Assembly (NCBI RefSeq): GCF_033153115.1
Contig: NW_026889751.1
Location: 28,644,001-28,708,000 of the forward strand
Length of the DNA stretch: 64,000 nt
Direction of reading: 5' to 3'
DNA from: Saccostrea echinata
Taxonomy: Eukaryota
Below are positions 37,847 through 51,913 of this stretch, in pieces. Position numbers and translations under genes: made by a program. Within the stretch, counting starts at the first letter, position 1, and every line of letters begins with the position of its first letter. Under the pieces are notes generated by a model. It was not told where the DNA came from, searched no databases, and saw nothing but the letters and a program-made list of their open reading frames with translations.

Positions 37847-40517
37847 ATGAGTCAGTCTCCAGTACTTCCGGAAAAAGATTCCTACGGACAGCTTAGTGAT
37901 GGCAGGGACGTGTACAGGTGAGAAAAAATTGTGGAAATCGACCGGCCTTTGTTTTCATGTTCTGTTTGCACCGGCGACTACCGCAGCTCGTTTCTGTCAT
38001 AAATACTTCTGTAGGGTTATTTTGCAGGTACTCGTTTACCAACAGTGAAAAGGTGACGGTAAGAGTGATCGATTATGGCTGTGTAATCACTGACATCTTA
38101 GTACCTGACAAAGATGGCAACATAGACGATATCAGTATTGGATATGACAAAATCGAGGGTGACTAAAGAAAAGCATTTCCAACATTAATTTTTTTTTTCC
38201 ATCACTGTTATCAAAACTGACATAAAAATATTATAGTTTTTTTTATTTTTTGTTTTTTTAAAAATATTTTTTGAGTAAATAATAAAAATTTAAAAATGTC
38301 ATCGTAAAAAATGCCTCACTGCATAAAATTACATGTACATGTAGTATTCATTACAGAAAATATAAATAATATCATATTAAATATAGATCTATTATTTTTA
38401 AGACTATGAACCAAACCCGAGATGTTTTGGCTCCATCTGTGGAAGAGTTGTTAATGTGATTTCTAACGCCAAATTTGTCCTGGACGGAAAAGAGTACAAA
38501 CTTCCTGCTACATTCTCCAGCTACGAAAACGAGGAATCCAAACATGCCATCCACGGGGGAGTCAAAGGCTTTCACTTGGTAAACAATCCTTATGCTATAT
38601 TTACATCCACTGATTATTATCCTCTCGCCACAAAGTTTGAGGGTATATAGTAACGCACTTGTGTGTGGGGGGTGAGTGAATGATGGAGTGAATGCTTGCG
38701 TAACGGAAGTTACACAAATAATATTCGCGGATTTGCGGTACTCTTTTTCGAGGGGTTGCCTTTGTTTCTTCTTTATTTTTTTTATGAAAACCATTCCCCT
38801 TAATCAGTTCACTAGCAGTAAACTAGTTAAATTTCTGCAATAGTTGCAATTATTATTTCCTGCATTGACAAAAAAAAGAAGGATTTTTCGTTTTAATGAA
38901 TTTCGAACATTATCAAATATGTCTGAGTTGGTTTTTTCATTCTCTATATGCTCATAATTGTTTTCAGAAATTGTTTAGTTCGTGGATTGAAGGGGACAAA
39001 GTTAATATGAAGTACGTGAGCCCTGATGGAGAGGAGGGGTACCCAGGGGAGCTAACGACTATTGTTTCATACCAACTGACCAATCAGAACGAGCTTGTGA
39101 TCGAATACAAGGCTACTACAAACAAACCAACCATAGTGAACTTTACAAACCACGCCTACTTCAATTTGCAAAAACATGTACGTAAAACACGCATATAAAA
39201 ATTCATCAAAATTTGCGCAAGAACTCTTCATCTTATAATAAAAACAATATTTTGAATATCTGCGTGATTGGATTTAAGGAGAAAAAACTTTTATAAATCT
39301 TTTATTGGATTACCCAAACATTGACGATCACGTCCTGCAGATCAGTGCAGAAAAATACACAGTCAACAAAGAGGACGATATTTTTATTCCATCAGGTATT
39401 GGAACAGAAATATTGATGTATATGTATATACACGTGTCATTTACTAATTAATGAATTATTATAGAAATTCAGATAATGAGTACAGAACATTTAGTGTACT
39501 TAGTGCTTGCAATATTCATACCTAATAACGAGGAAAAATTATGAAATATGTTAATTATACTGTCTGATCATTTAATGTTTCAGGAGAGTTGCGGGACGTG
39601 GCTGGAACACCTTGGGACTTCCGGAAACCCGTGAGGTTCCGAGATAGACTGAAAGATGGGCCGCATGGAAAGGGGTTCTTCCACAACTTCTGTTTAGGAG
39701 AGTCAGGACCCCTCAAACATGCAGCGACGTAAATCTTACAAATACATCAATCAGTGGCGGGAGGAGGGGAGGGGTTCATGGATGTAGTTAATAGTTATAT
39801 TTATATGAGGGTGACACCATTAATGTTTCACTGTGCAAGTGCTATTTACAATGATGATGCCATATGTTCCTTTTAGGTTAGATCACCCTCCCACGGGAAG
39901 ACGAATAGAAGTGAGGACGACAGAGCCAGGAATGCATCTATACACCGGATGTAACACCATTCCCCACACCAAGGGGAAAGAGGGCGCTGTGTACGAACCT
40001 TTCTGTTCTATTTGTTTAGAGACACAACACTATCCGGACTCGCCTAACCATGTACGTACTATATACCTGTAACCCTTATTACTAGTAAACGGTTTTATTT
40101 ACATGTAAATACATAGTATATGAATATGCATTTGACCAAGTAAGAAGTGCATGATAAATGTGGATCTTTTTTTCACCTGTTAGATACATCTATTGAATAT
40201 CATTTCTCCAACATAATCAAGATTCGTTCAGGTTATGATTAAACTGTAATCTTTGTGAGTCATATGCGGAAAATTAATGCGTAAAACAGAGGTTAATTAC
40301 CATACATTTTTAGTGTACATGTATCTAGCTCATTTTTTATGTTTAGCATACATTGCACTTACAAAATATTTGTTGACCATACAGTTTTACCAAAGAACGC
40401 TCTTGATCAAACTTTTAATTAAATTAATTTCAGGAGAATTTTCCAAGTATCGTGTTGAGGCCAGGAGAACAATTCTACAGCAAGACCATCTATAAATTCA
40501 CTTTGATACCACAGTGA
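37847..40517 (+). CDS. GALM: Galactose mutarotase (aldose 1-epimerase)-like, copy 1; join(37847..37917,38028..38158,38403..38578,38968..39177,39308..39395,39584..39728,39877..40051,40434..40517), ~359 aa; exon 5 acceptor non-canonical
   Basis: Motifs YGCVIT..PDK.G...[56 protein letters not shown]; exon phases sum to 1080 nt; exon sizes match copy 2. Confidence 0.9.
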
Positions 40518-42231
40518 TCTAGATTAACTTTATCAAATGTAATTATTATTTTTTTGCAATATTGAAACTTTACCTCGAAATAAAATATATTTTAATAGAA
40601 GGTCGTTTTACTTACTTTTTTGGAACAGGAGTTCGATATTCAGCCGTTTATCTATTTGTGAACAAAACTTGCATATATATACTCGGTAGCTGCTATAGTT
40701 TAACCCGTATACAGAGTACACTATTATTTTCCTTGTACAAGGGGTCATGGATGAAGCAGTTTAATTCTTGGCTTATGTCCCTTTATTGTACTTTAAAGGA
40801 ATCCACTTATTTGTATTTTAATCATAAGCAATGGCATGCAGGTCTAAACAGAAACGATAGGGTGCCCAGACCTCATAAGAATTTTCAAGTTTATTTAAGA
40901 TGGTAAAGAAGCAAACTAACATGTGAGCTCTTATAAAAATCAATGTATATAAAGTAATTCTGTCCATCCAGCGATGAAGCATACCAAATATTTGATTTTT
41001 AAATCTTTTCTATCCACTACCCTCCTTCCCAACACACACATCCAAGCATGTACATGAGAAAAGTCAACCTGAAAAGGAGGATTTGGACCTCTGGAATTTT
41101 TATGAATATTTTGTCTTGATGTCTTGGATATGAGCTGCAACTCTCCCTCTCCTGCCCTCCACCAAAATAGTTATTTTCCCCTTTCCTTGAATATGTTACT
41201 ATTGTATTCCTTTTTAGAAAAATAAAATCTGGATCCACCTTTCAAATTGGTGCTCAATTTTTTAACATTTTCTTCTAAAATATTGTATCCCTCTGTAATA
41301 AAAAATCAAACATGTTTGTGAAAAGGACAAGATATGGTAACGACCGAATTTGGCCCCTGGTTTGGGGTGTCTTACAACGATGAAAAAATATACTTGTAGT
41401 TCATAATCAAAAACCACGTGTAATGAGTATTGATTCTAAAAGATATGATACACAGAGGTCACAGGAAGATCACAAAATGTATCATCAATTTCTGAATTTT
41501 CTCACTTTAATTCTAATTTTTATCAATTCTAAAGCTCATATTGTTTCAGAAAACACTTCTTACAAGTTTGTCTTTCTACCAGATTAATATATTTCATGCA
41601 CTAGTATCAAATACTATCTTGTGTATGAACATCTCAGATATACAAGCTTATGCTCTATGTTTCCCGAAGTGAAAATTATCTTAAATTTGACGACATTCTA
41701 TCAGAATTGAATTTGTCTGTAAAATTTTACTCTTTGTCATCCTCTTGTGAATTCCGTGTATGATTTGAATCAAAATTCATGCTGGTTTTAAAATAAGCGT
41801 CATTTAAAGTTACCATATCCTGTCCTTTGGCTAAAATGAAAAATTCCGAAAAGTGTATGACTGAAAAGTTAGCACAAATCATACACAAATTTGAGCTTCT
41901 AATTAAGTTTGTTCAAAAGGATTGATTAATTGTTTATTGTTTAACGCCGAGTCGGCAATATATATTTCAGCCATATGAATTTCGACGGATTGTTCAGAAG
42001 GAAAATCAGAATTAAACTAAAAGACACAATTTTTTACTGAAATAATTCTGCTTCATTTTTATTTTCTTCTAAAACTTTACCATTATGTACATAAACATAC
42101 AAGCTTAACGTTATCATTTGTGTAATGATTCTATGACACGAGTGACGGTCCTTGATATTGTTGAAGTTGAGTAGGGGGGTGTGCGCGCTCTGTGTAAAGC
42201 AAAAGTACAATTTTTAAACTTTTGAATAACA

Positions 42232-45200
42232 ATGAGTCAGTCACATGTGATACCCAGAAAAGATTCTTTCGGTCATTTCACAGATGGAAGGGAGGTTAAC
42301 AGGTAGCAATATTGTTTAAACAAAAATATTTCATTAAAGATATCAGAACTTTGATAGAGCTTACGGAGGACAAGTACTGTCAAAATTCATTATTTTCAGG
42401 TACACTTTCTGTAACCAGAATGACGTCACGGTGAGGGTGATTGAGCTGGGCTGTGTTATCACGGACATCCGGGTTCCTGACAAGGAGGGAATAGTGGCTG
42501 ATATCAATCTCGGATATGATGCTGTAAAAGGTAACCCCACCACAATTTTCACTGACATTTATCAAAATTATTAGACATTAGTAACATATTGTAAGTTTTT
42601 TAGGGGGATATTATTTCTTTCCTAGACTACGAGACGAATCCTTTGAGTTTAGGGGCTATATGTGGCAGGGTCGTCAATGTCATTTCCAATGCCAGATTTA
42701 CTCTGGATGATAAGGAATATCACGTGACTAAAAACTTCGGAAATCATTGCATTCACGGAGGAAAGAGATCGTTTACACATGTAGGTATCCTAAACATTTT
42801 GTTCTTAAATTAAATCTTAAGTTGAAAGTTAAAGAGACATATAAAGAGACATATACGGAAAAGCTTTTCTTCAGAGAATTTGTCCCTTATTTTTAAATGA
42901 ATCGTTAGTTTTTATATCACATAATACGAAATAAATACCAAAATGTGCATTCAAATCTTATTAAATTCTAATTTAATTCTCACTTCATGAAAGCAACTCT
43001 GGAGTTCATGGATAGAAGATGATAAAGTGAAAATGAAATACGTGAGCGCTGATGGGGAGGAGGGATTTCCTGGAGAGTTGACGACCATTGTATCATATCA
43101 ACTGACCAATCAGAACGAATTAGTGATCGAATATAGCGCCTCCACGAACAAACCAACACCTGTCAATCTTACAAACCACGCCTACTTTAACTTAGCAGGA
43201 CACGTAAGATAAGGATAAGTTTCTCATTCAACTTTTTAAAGATCAATTGTACATATTCTGATATTTTTATTTTTTTTTACTTTATACAGAATTACCCAAA
43301 CCTAGATGAACACGTGTTACAGATTCTTGCAGACAAATTCACACCTACCAAGGAAAATGATATTTATATACCATCAGGTAACTTTCAAGATCGCAGCAGC
43401 TACGAACCGCTACTTATGTGCTATAGCCAAGCTGCCATTCAAATGATATATTTAAGTAATTTGGAGTTAACTTACACATACATTTTCGCGTGATTTCGCC
43501 TCTATTCGGAAAATTATTTGATAAGGACAGAGGTATTTGTCGCCAATGTCTCACACAAGGTGGCGAGTTGAGCCGTTCGTTCAGAAGAGCTCATATGTTC
43601 TTTGTATGTGTACAACAACAGTTGCCCTTCATCTAGTTTTCTTGCTGATGCCTTTTTTGTTTTGGTCGTTTACTCTTTTCACTGTGATATGAACTTACGG
43701 ACAATTTCCACGACTGTGACACTTATATTGTAATCGGCTTTGGCCGATCACAGTTGACTCCATGTGAGACATCCGGCAAATGTAATCATTTGCGCACACA
43801 TGACGCTACGGACTACTTTGTTTATTATGCACAACTTCATGTAAATCTGCCATAACATATTTGGTAGTAAGGTGCCTTTTTCAATGCATTTACTTTGAGA
43901 TGCAAACATTCATACAGTTACTTGGTGAAGAAACATTTTCTTTGAACACAGTATGCGCAAGAATATCTTTAAATTCTGAACCTTCTTCCTATTAATATAG
44001 TAAATTTATTCGTTCATTGGTGTTTCGAGTAAGTCCAGGGATCTAAATACGTCCCTGATAAGTCCAACTCATTTGACTGTTCTGTTCATTCTGTCCATTA
44101 TTAGGCCGCAAGTTGACACCTGAATATTACACTTCCCGATCGCTTCCTGTAAAAAGGAATACTAGTACTTGTTCATCTCTTAATTCAGGTGAAATCCGTG
44201 ACGTCTCAGGAACAATGTACGATCTCCGTCAGCCGGTCAGACTGGGGAATAGGCTCGGCAAGATGCCCCATGGGAAAGGATACTTCAACAATTTCTGTGT
44301 GACAAATGTCGATGGAAGTCTGAGATTAATAGCAAAGTATGTCTGTTTCAGACTGTCCATTAACTGTATACTAGCCATTCTTTTCATATGAATTCGTCTT
44401 TTTGCATTTTTATTTCTTTTATTCTAACCATTCAGATAAATAGATTGATTACCCCCAGTATCTTGTTTCACCAGACTGGACCATCCTCCCACGGGCCGCC
44501 GTATGGAGGTGTACACTACTGAGCCTGGGGTGCAGTGCTACACGGGAGGAGACACGATCCCCCACACCCAGGGGAAGGAGGGGGCGGTGTACGAGAAACT
44601 CTGCTCCATCTGCCTAGAGACGCAACACTATCCAGATAGTGTCAACCAGGTACACAACATAATAAGGAATTTTTTATGTACTGTAAACGCACATGACTTA
44701 GCACTTAAAATTTAGCGCAATCGTCCTCTTCAACTGATTAGCGCAATTAAGTGCACTATACAACCTTATTATACACGATGTCTCTTTAATGCACTACTAG
44801 TTACTTTATGTAAATAAACAGTTAGGCCTTCATCACATTCGCACCAAACTTTACTCTGTCCCTTAATTTGAAAGTTTTGAATACTCTATTTGTAAAAGTC
44901 GAGGAGAGTCCGTATTTGGATTCTTTTACACCAGAATACACAGGCTCGGATCTGTGATAATGGATATTGTAAATCATAGGCTCTATTGTTATAACAACGA
45001 CATGTGTAATGTTTAATCATATAATTATTAGCGTGAAGATAAAATAGCGGACAAGAAACAGCGCGAAAAGGCGCTAAAATATGATTACCGCTAAAATAAA
45101 TACGTTTACAGTTCATAGACTTTGTATATTTCGCTTCGAAAAGCACGCACACTTAAATTGCATTGACAAATATTTTGAGAATACTTTTCTGATTTATAAA

Positions 45201-45406
45201 CGGCATATCAAGCACAGTGATCAACATTGATGAAAAAACGCCTTTAACAAACAGTCTGGAATTATTCCAATGAAAACGTTGAAGAATAGCTTTTACATCT
45301 CAGTCTTTTTTATATTTCATAGGAAAGTTTCCCCAATACAGTTCTTCGTCCAGGTCAGCAATACCATAGTAAGACGGTTTACAAGTTTGGACTGCTGGAT
45401 AAGTAA
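42232..45406 (+). CDS. GALM: Galactose mutarotase (aldose 1-epimerase)-like, copy 2; join(42232..42302,42400..42530,42626..42780,42994..43203,43290..43377,44189..44336,44475..44649,45323..45406), 353 aa
   Basis: Motifs [66 protein letters not shown]; all GT-AG introns; 1062 nt in frame. Confidence 0.93.
44681..45111. mobile_element. MITE in GALM copy 2 intron 7
   Basis: TA|CTGTAAACG ... CGTTTACAG; subterminal TTAGCG (left) and CGCTAA (right) repeats. Confidence 0.65.
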
Positions 45407-45974
45407 CCGGAAACACAGCAAACCGTGAATTATATTTCCCTTTTATGTTATCATGATTAATTAAGGAGAATGAAATACTGCGCACAAAATGAAGTTTTCC
45501 TGTAATAATTACAAGGTGAAGAATTAAGTGAAATCCAACCAACTTTTAAGTAAAATATATAGGGCAAATCTGAAGTAAATCATTGTGGAAGACGAAAATT
45601 TTGTAAGGAGACCTCCTTGATTCCTCATTTCTTGAGTTACCTATGTACATATATCTGACTGGGTAGAAAGCTATTCTCCGTTATTAAATTATGATCGAGT
45701 AGCTGAATTTGGTGTTTGCGTAATATAAAAATTATAGATGTCCAAAAGTGCATTTATATCAATTTCAAATATATAAAGGACAAACTGTTTCTGTCTATAT
45801 GCATATGCTCAAATCAAAATCAACTACTCTGTAAATTAAAAATATATGTACATCCAGAGATATTTAACATTCGTTATATACATTGTACATGTACCCAAGA
45901 TATCACTGCAAAGCAAAATATAAAAATAAACTTCGTCTATACTCTCTTAATCTTTTCTTATAGCTAATTTAACC

Positions 45975-46510
45975 CTATGACCTTGACCTTGAAGTTTATC
46001 TTACTTTTCAATCACTGGTTATAACTTTTGAATGAGATTTTGACCTTGGTCGTATCTTTTTTACCTGAAGATAGAGAGGACTTTCATATTGGTTCACATG
46101 TGCATTACCTCTGACAAGACCTTTCCGAATGTACTAGGATTTTTGACCTAGTGACCTTAAAGTTTGACGTACTTTACAAAAGCTTAAATCTTGGCCGTAA
46201 GTTTTTGCACCAGAACGTATTAGTTCGAAAAATATATGACCTTTTTGTATGATGGACAGACAATACAGTTACAATATGCCATATATCATTGCACCCCAAC
46301 CAATAGGACCTCGAAAGCGGGGAACCACAATTCTCTGAATTTCCCTGTTACATTTTCGATTTTTTCAGAGGAACCACGGGGCTGATTTCAACCAAACTTT
46401 CATAAAGCATCCATAGGTAATGAGAATTCAGTTTATTAAAATAAATGGCCACATCCTTTTCCAAGGCGAGATGCATAAGAAATGGTGCAATTTCTGGAAG
46501 GGGACAATTA
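45975..46510 (+). repeat. Degenerate HINE/satellite fragments
   Basis: tgaccttgacctt motifs, then gaaccacggggctgatttcaaccaaactt similar to 5775-5800. Confidence 0.5.
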
Positions 46511-46916
46511 AAGTTAGTGTTGTAACCCATGATTCTCTTATTTAAGTGATATACATGTATTCCCAATGTATTCAGTTTTAAACCCGTTAACTTTTATAAC
46601 AAAAGAGTAGAGTAGACTGATACTTTATACTAAACAAGAACTCATCGACTGTGTACTGCTTGTAAGAGGAGCGGATGGGTTCTAGAATCACATTCTGTGG
46701 TTAACTTAACCACTAGCGGATTTAAATAAGTGGAAGAATTTATGTCGGATTACCTTAATCTCGGATGACCGTCGCTGCTTTGACGTTTTAACATTTATAA
46801 TCTAGAACGTTAATTTTTAATCTTTATATAGCAGGATATATAGGCAAGCTAGAAAAATGAATTTTAACAAGAAGAAAATAATATAGAAACGCTACAGAGG
46901 TAGACAAAAAATAGGA

Positions 46917-49900
46917 ATGGGTAAGTCTATTGTATCGTGTTCTCATAAAAGGTTTGAAAATGGTTATGTTATATGATTGTCACTTATAAAAATCGAAAAA
47001 AAAAAGAAAAGAAATCGTTGATAAAATGTGATGGGAGAGTCATATCTAAAATTTCAGTTCTCTCTTAAAGCAGATGAGTTATCATTTCTATACTAGTCTT
47101 ATTGTTTTTAGCATGTTATCAAGTATTTTTGAATGAACCAGGTGCAAGCAGGGATGTATAGAGAATTTTGAATCTCGTGTAAATGTTACGAATATTATTT
47201 ACGTGCTTTAATATTAAAGCATATATAGAAGTTTGACTTTATCTATAAGAGACACAATTTTTACAATATCTATATAATAATGTATAATTTGCACAGTTCT
47301 TTCAATCAATTCAAAGAAGTATTCAAAATTTCGCAAAAATAGAGAATGGATGATTTGAAGTTTAATGATTTTAAAATATTGCAAATAATAATGTAAGTCA
47401 TTTAATGATTATTAAAGACACGATTATGTAAGAAATATTTTTTTTTCCTTTTTCGTAGAGTCTCGTTATAAATTAGAAGTTTTCGAAATCTCGTCAAGAA
47501 CATACAATGTATTGATGATTTTGGGAAAACATACCTGTAATTTTCCCGATATTTCTAATACAAATATATATCACCATTGTTAAAGACATCTTGTAATATT
47601 GAGATCTGTAACCGAGGATTTAAATTTGTTTACAAAGTCAACCTGATATAGGAAACACTTTAAATCGGTGTCCACAATACACGTATGTATTTAATAATCC
47701 TTACAACGTTTTATTTTGCACAATCTACTTATTATTCATTAAAGGACAAGGTACATGGTACTTGTTTTGGTATATTATGTGTGTACCTCTCGTACCGTAT
47801 CTAGAAAGATTTGATTTATCAACAATTGTGATAATTTATTTCCTTCAATTTTCTTATTGTTTTAAACTTAAAACACGACATCAGTATACATATATTTAAA
47901 AAATTGGCGAGAAGACATTTTTCATTTTAGATTGAGAAAGTCAAAACACCAATTTACTTGTTAAGATATGAAAATTTAGATAAGCGTAAAGGTACATAAA
48001 GGTCTATTAACCCTTAATGGGGGAAAATACTTTAGTGCAATTCGTTTAAGAATAAAATATACCTTCTATCTGATTCCAAAATATCCTGGTACAAATAATA
48101 AATTCTTAAAGATTTGTGATTCTCCGTTTTGATTTTATTTATTTTAAAGGACAGGGAAGTTATATATTTACCTACATTTCTTGAAAATCTTAGCATTTTC
48201 CCATTTTAACAATTCAAATGAAAAAAAAAGATTAATGACTTTCAAATTGATTAAACATTCAAATGAGGAATTTCATACACTGTGTGTGATTTTCATAAAA
48301 TCAAATGAACTATTCTTTAGACTGGGTTTTTGGACACTTTTTTGCAGGCGTTTTGTCTAAGTACAAACCTATATATTCCTGTTAAATTTCTACTTCTTTC
48401 AATCTAGAACTACTGCGTCAATTTACTATCAACCAAAAGAAAAAAAAGACATTAAGAGTCAACAAGTAGTTGATTTATCCTTAATATGTTTTTATTAATA
48501 CCTGACGGGTAATGTATTACTAGTATTTCTTCTGAAATTGTTTAACATGAAGGGTTGCAACATACCCGATTGTTTACCACATCTCATGATAATTAATCCC
48601 TACAGTATCACTTCATATTTAGCCTTCTTTAGTGAGTTTGTGCTTATGTATTTATTGTCTTCATCCTTTTCATTCTTTAGCTCCGGCTGAGAAGAACGAG
48701 TATCAATTGGCGCGAAACTATGGCCTCGATATCAGCATGCCGGAAGCGAACTTTGCGGTGGCCTCTGCCGCACAGAAGGAATATCAGAAACAGTGCACCT
48801 TCCTGTATCGAGACTTTATGAAAAACATGAATTCCTACATCAAACAGGAGCAGAAAATCAAAACGGAGCTCCGCAGCTTAAAGAAACAAAAACTTCTGAA
48901 CAGCCAGTACTCACTTTACCGTACTGATGGCAAAGATTTGTTTTCCAATGCTAAAAAAGAGAGAGAAATGCTGCTGAAGAATAACGAATTATCAAACTCC
49001 TTCTTTGATGATATTTGTTTTAATCCGTGGGGTCTTGATTCCATCCTAGACGAAGACTTGATCCGCCCAAAGACCGCCCCGGCAGATATGAACGAAAGTG
49101 GTCTTCTAACAGAACAGGATTCTGCAAACTTTCCGCCGAACACAGAAACGGACCACGTACAGCCGCCATCACTGGCGGCGACACTAGATTCTAAACATGT
49201 TGACACTCATGTAGCCAAGGTAGAACACCTCTTGGAATCTCAGTCTCATACAAATCCGCTTGTTCCTCCGAAATCCTCAGATCTTCCGAGTCCGACGCAT
49301 CCGCGCTTACCTGTCAAACCGCCTGAAGCGCCAAAACTTGAACATGTTCCTGATGAGCAGGACACAGTAACTGGAGAGAGTGTGTGTGACGGCGAAGTGG
49401 ACATTCATACGGAGAGAACACGAGCCAGGAATATTGTCATCGATAGATATAAATTTCTAGAGCTCCAGAAAGGAGAAATCGATGTAAAGCTTCGGAACAA
49501 AAATGGTGCATTCCTTATCAGACCAGTAAAACTCAGCTACGATCCAACAGGTGTTGATGCAGTTTTTACCGCTAAAGATCCATCAAAGGAACGAATGGCC
49601 CTCGTAAGAAAGAAAACAAATTTGAGAACACCAACAGCATCGGCAGAGTTAAAGATAAACAATAGAATAGCCATTCAAAAATCGCTTGTTGGGAAAGCAG
49701 CTAAAAAGACCACGGTGGCTGAAATCTTTAACAGCGCTAGGGATAGGAAAACACGCCACTTCAGAATCATTTCAAAGACCAACAAAGGCGAGGAAAATGA
49801 AGATGAAGCAAATAAAGATACCAAGATAAGGATAAGACCAGCTTCGTCCCCTGTGGTAAGAATCCCTAATGCTTCTGAAGCTATAAGAAAAAGTAGCGTT

Positions 49901-50641
49901 TTGAAAAATCGAAAACCAGACAACAGGCCACCAATTGTGATCCGAGAAGCTTTCACGGAAAGGGCTTCAAAGGAGACGATACCTATTGTGTCTAGAGAAA
50001 TTAATTTGAATGACTCCTGTAATGGTGCTCAAAATAAAGTCTTGTCCAGCTCACGTAATTCAATAAACTTAAACTTACCGATGAACAAAAGAAACGGCGA
50101 TTCTGTGAGACCTGTAGCGCGATCTACATCACAAACTTCTATGGAGAGCCATGATCTAAGTACTTCGGGTCATCATAGAGTGACATTTGCAAGGAGGGGA
50201 TCACATGACTTATCACACCTAAATAGGTCCGCCTCCTCGACGTCAATGAGAGAGGGGAATGTCCAGTTCATGATGAGTGACGTCGACATGAACAACATGC
50301 TTCAAAGGTTGATAGAAGGAAAAGGGGAGGAGGGTGACTACAGTGCGGTCCAAAACCAGGAGAACGCCATGGATTTACAAGATGCATTGAAAGCTATGAC
50401 GTTCATCAAACGTTTGAGTAGAATGTCGAGCCGGAACAAACGAAATTCTCCGTCAGAGGTCGCTTCTAGTACCGGAACAGCCAACACCTTACATCTCCCA
50501 CCACGCCTTTCCAGCCGACAGGAAACAAATAAACTCATCCGAGATGCGAAGCAGAAGGACAGCGAGTACATACAATCCATGTCCTCAATGAGACGCCGGG
50601 TGGCGCTGGGCGCCTCCAAATCCAAGAGTGGTTTGAAATAG
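46917..50641 (+). CDS. Uncharacterised protein, paralog A; join(46917..46920,48681..50641), ~654 aa
   Basis: 1.96-kb open exon after a pyrimidine-rich acceptor (cattctttag|); phase-1 completion by ATGG|gtaagtct at 46917; strong block similarity to paralog B. Confidence 0.85.
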
Positions 50642-50959
50642 AAGCATTTTGTGAAATGCCTGATCTCAGTGGCTAGATGTTATGATATGTATCTAACAAC
50701 GCGGCATTTGAACTATCCAGATTCTAAGATCTCATTTCGCACTGATGTTTTGTTTCCATTCAGCACATTTTAAAGCAAGGAATTCTCTATGTTTAGCACG
50801 ATTCTATTACTTGTGTACAGAAATGATTTAATAAAACATTTACCTGATTATGGAAATATTAGCAATTTTTCAATATTTAAACATGTGAAAAAGGTGGAGA
50901 TAACGAACAAGGTATATATGTAAGGTAAGACAAAATATGACTTGAGTAAGTAAGAATAT

Positions 50960-51171
50960 GTAAAATCATTTACATTCGTGTGGTCAAATTTTCGTGGTTT
51001 GAGGAAAAATTATTGGTTGTGGGATTTGATTTCGTGTTTGTTTGACAAATGCAATTTAATGATACTGTAGTGTGTTGTTTAAACTTTTTTGCGGAGGACA
51101 TGAATTTGTGAGTCTATTTGTAATACGAAAAAAACAAAAATTATAACCCCACGAAATTTAATGGTTTCACA
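50960..51171. mobile_element. MITE
   Basis: Imperfect TIR TGTAAAATCATTTACATTCGTG / CACGAAATTTAATGGTTTCACA. Confidence 0.55.
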
Positions 51172-51260
51172 ATTATAGGATTCGGGTGTTGCATAATTAT
51201 ATATGTACATGTACCGTGAATCACCGAAAACTATCATTGTCGTTTTTGTGATTATATTAA

Positions 51261-51913
51261 GGTAGTCGGATCCCCAGGTTCTGAAAATCAGCTTTTAAGT
51301 AATTGAAAATGCTTACAAAAATGTCTCTGATTTCACGTAGTAACATGAATTTACCCATGGTATTTCTTCAAAGTTCACTATTATAGTTAATCATATTATA
51401 TAGGGAAAATTATCAAATCTCATATACATTTTCAGGAAACGCGAATAAAAACACCAGCTATGCATTTTCTAATTCAAAATTGATCAATAAATATAATTCA
51501 GGATAGAAAAATATAGGTATTCAGGCATTTGGAGAAAATTGCACTTTTTTATGCTTATACAGTATTTTTAGTTCTCTTTACTTCAATTGTTATATAATAA
51601 GCTTGTGCTATCATTGCATATCACATCACGTATCACGTCTTTCATATTATGCTAATAAGCATTGGTATCTAATGCTAGCCTAAAAGAAATTCAATTTCTC
51701 TTAAAATGAATTCATTTTTTTTCTTTTATGGGGTACAAATGTCAACATTTTACAAGACTGTTTCTAAGACTTCAGAGAACCTTGAATCATATTGAAATGC
51801 ATAAAATGAAAATTGTTGCACGAAAAGATCTCAATTTCAAGCTTCATTTTGAGACTCTTTTAATAAAATAATAAATTTAATAGTTATCCTTCCTGGCTAA
51901 GGATCGGATTTCC
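51261..51913 (+). mobile_element. TTAA-flanked non-autonomous DNA transposon (Kolobok-like), copy 2
   Basis: TTAA|GGTAGTCGGATCC ... GGATCGGATTTCC|TTAA; colinear with 24312-24961. Confidence 0.8.

Noticed and set aside
43384-44166. Helitron in GALM copy 2 intron 5
   Set aside because: Only a weak 5-bp hairpin before CTAGT and no clear 5' terminus.
48632-48680. GTG start for paralog A (and TTG start at 54999 for B, GTG at 26904 and 61831)
   Set aside because: Eukaryotic genes; 48632-48680 is an intron polypyrimidine tract, and proper ATGs or splice acceptors explain the frames.
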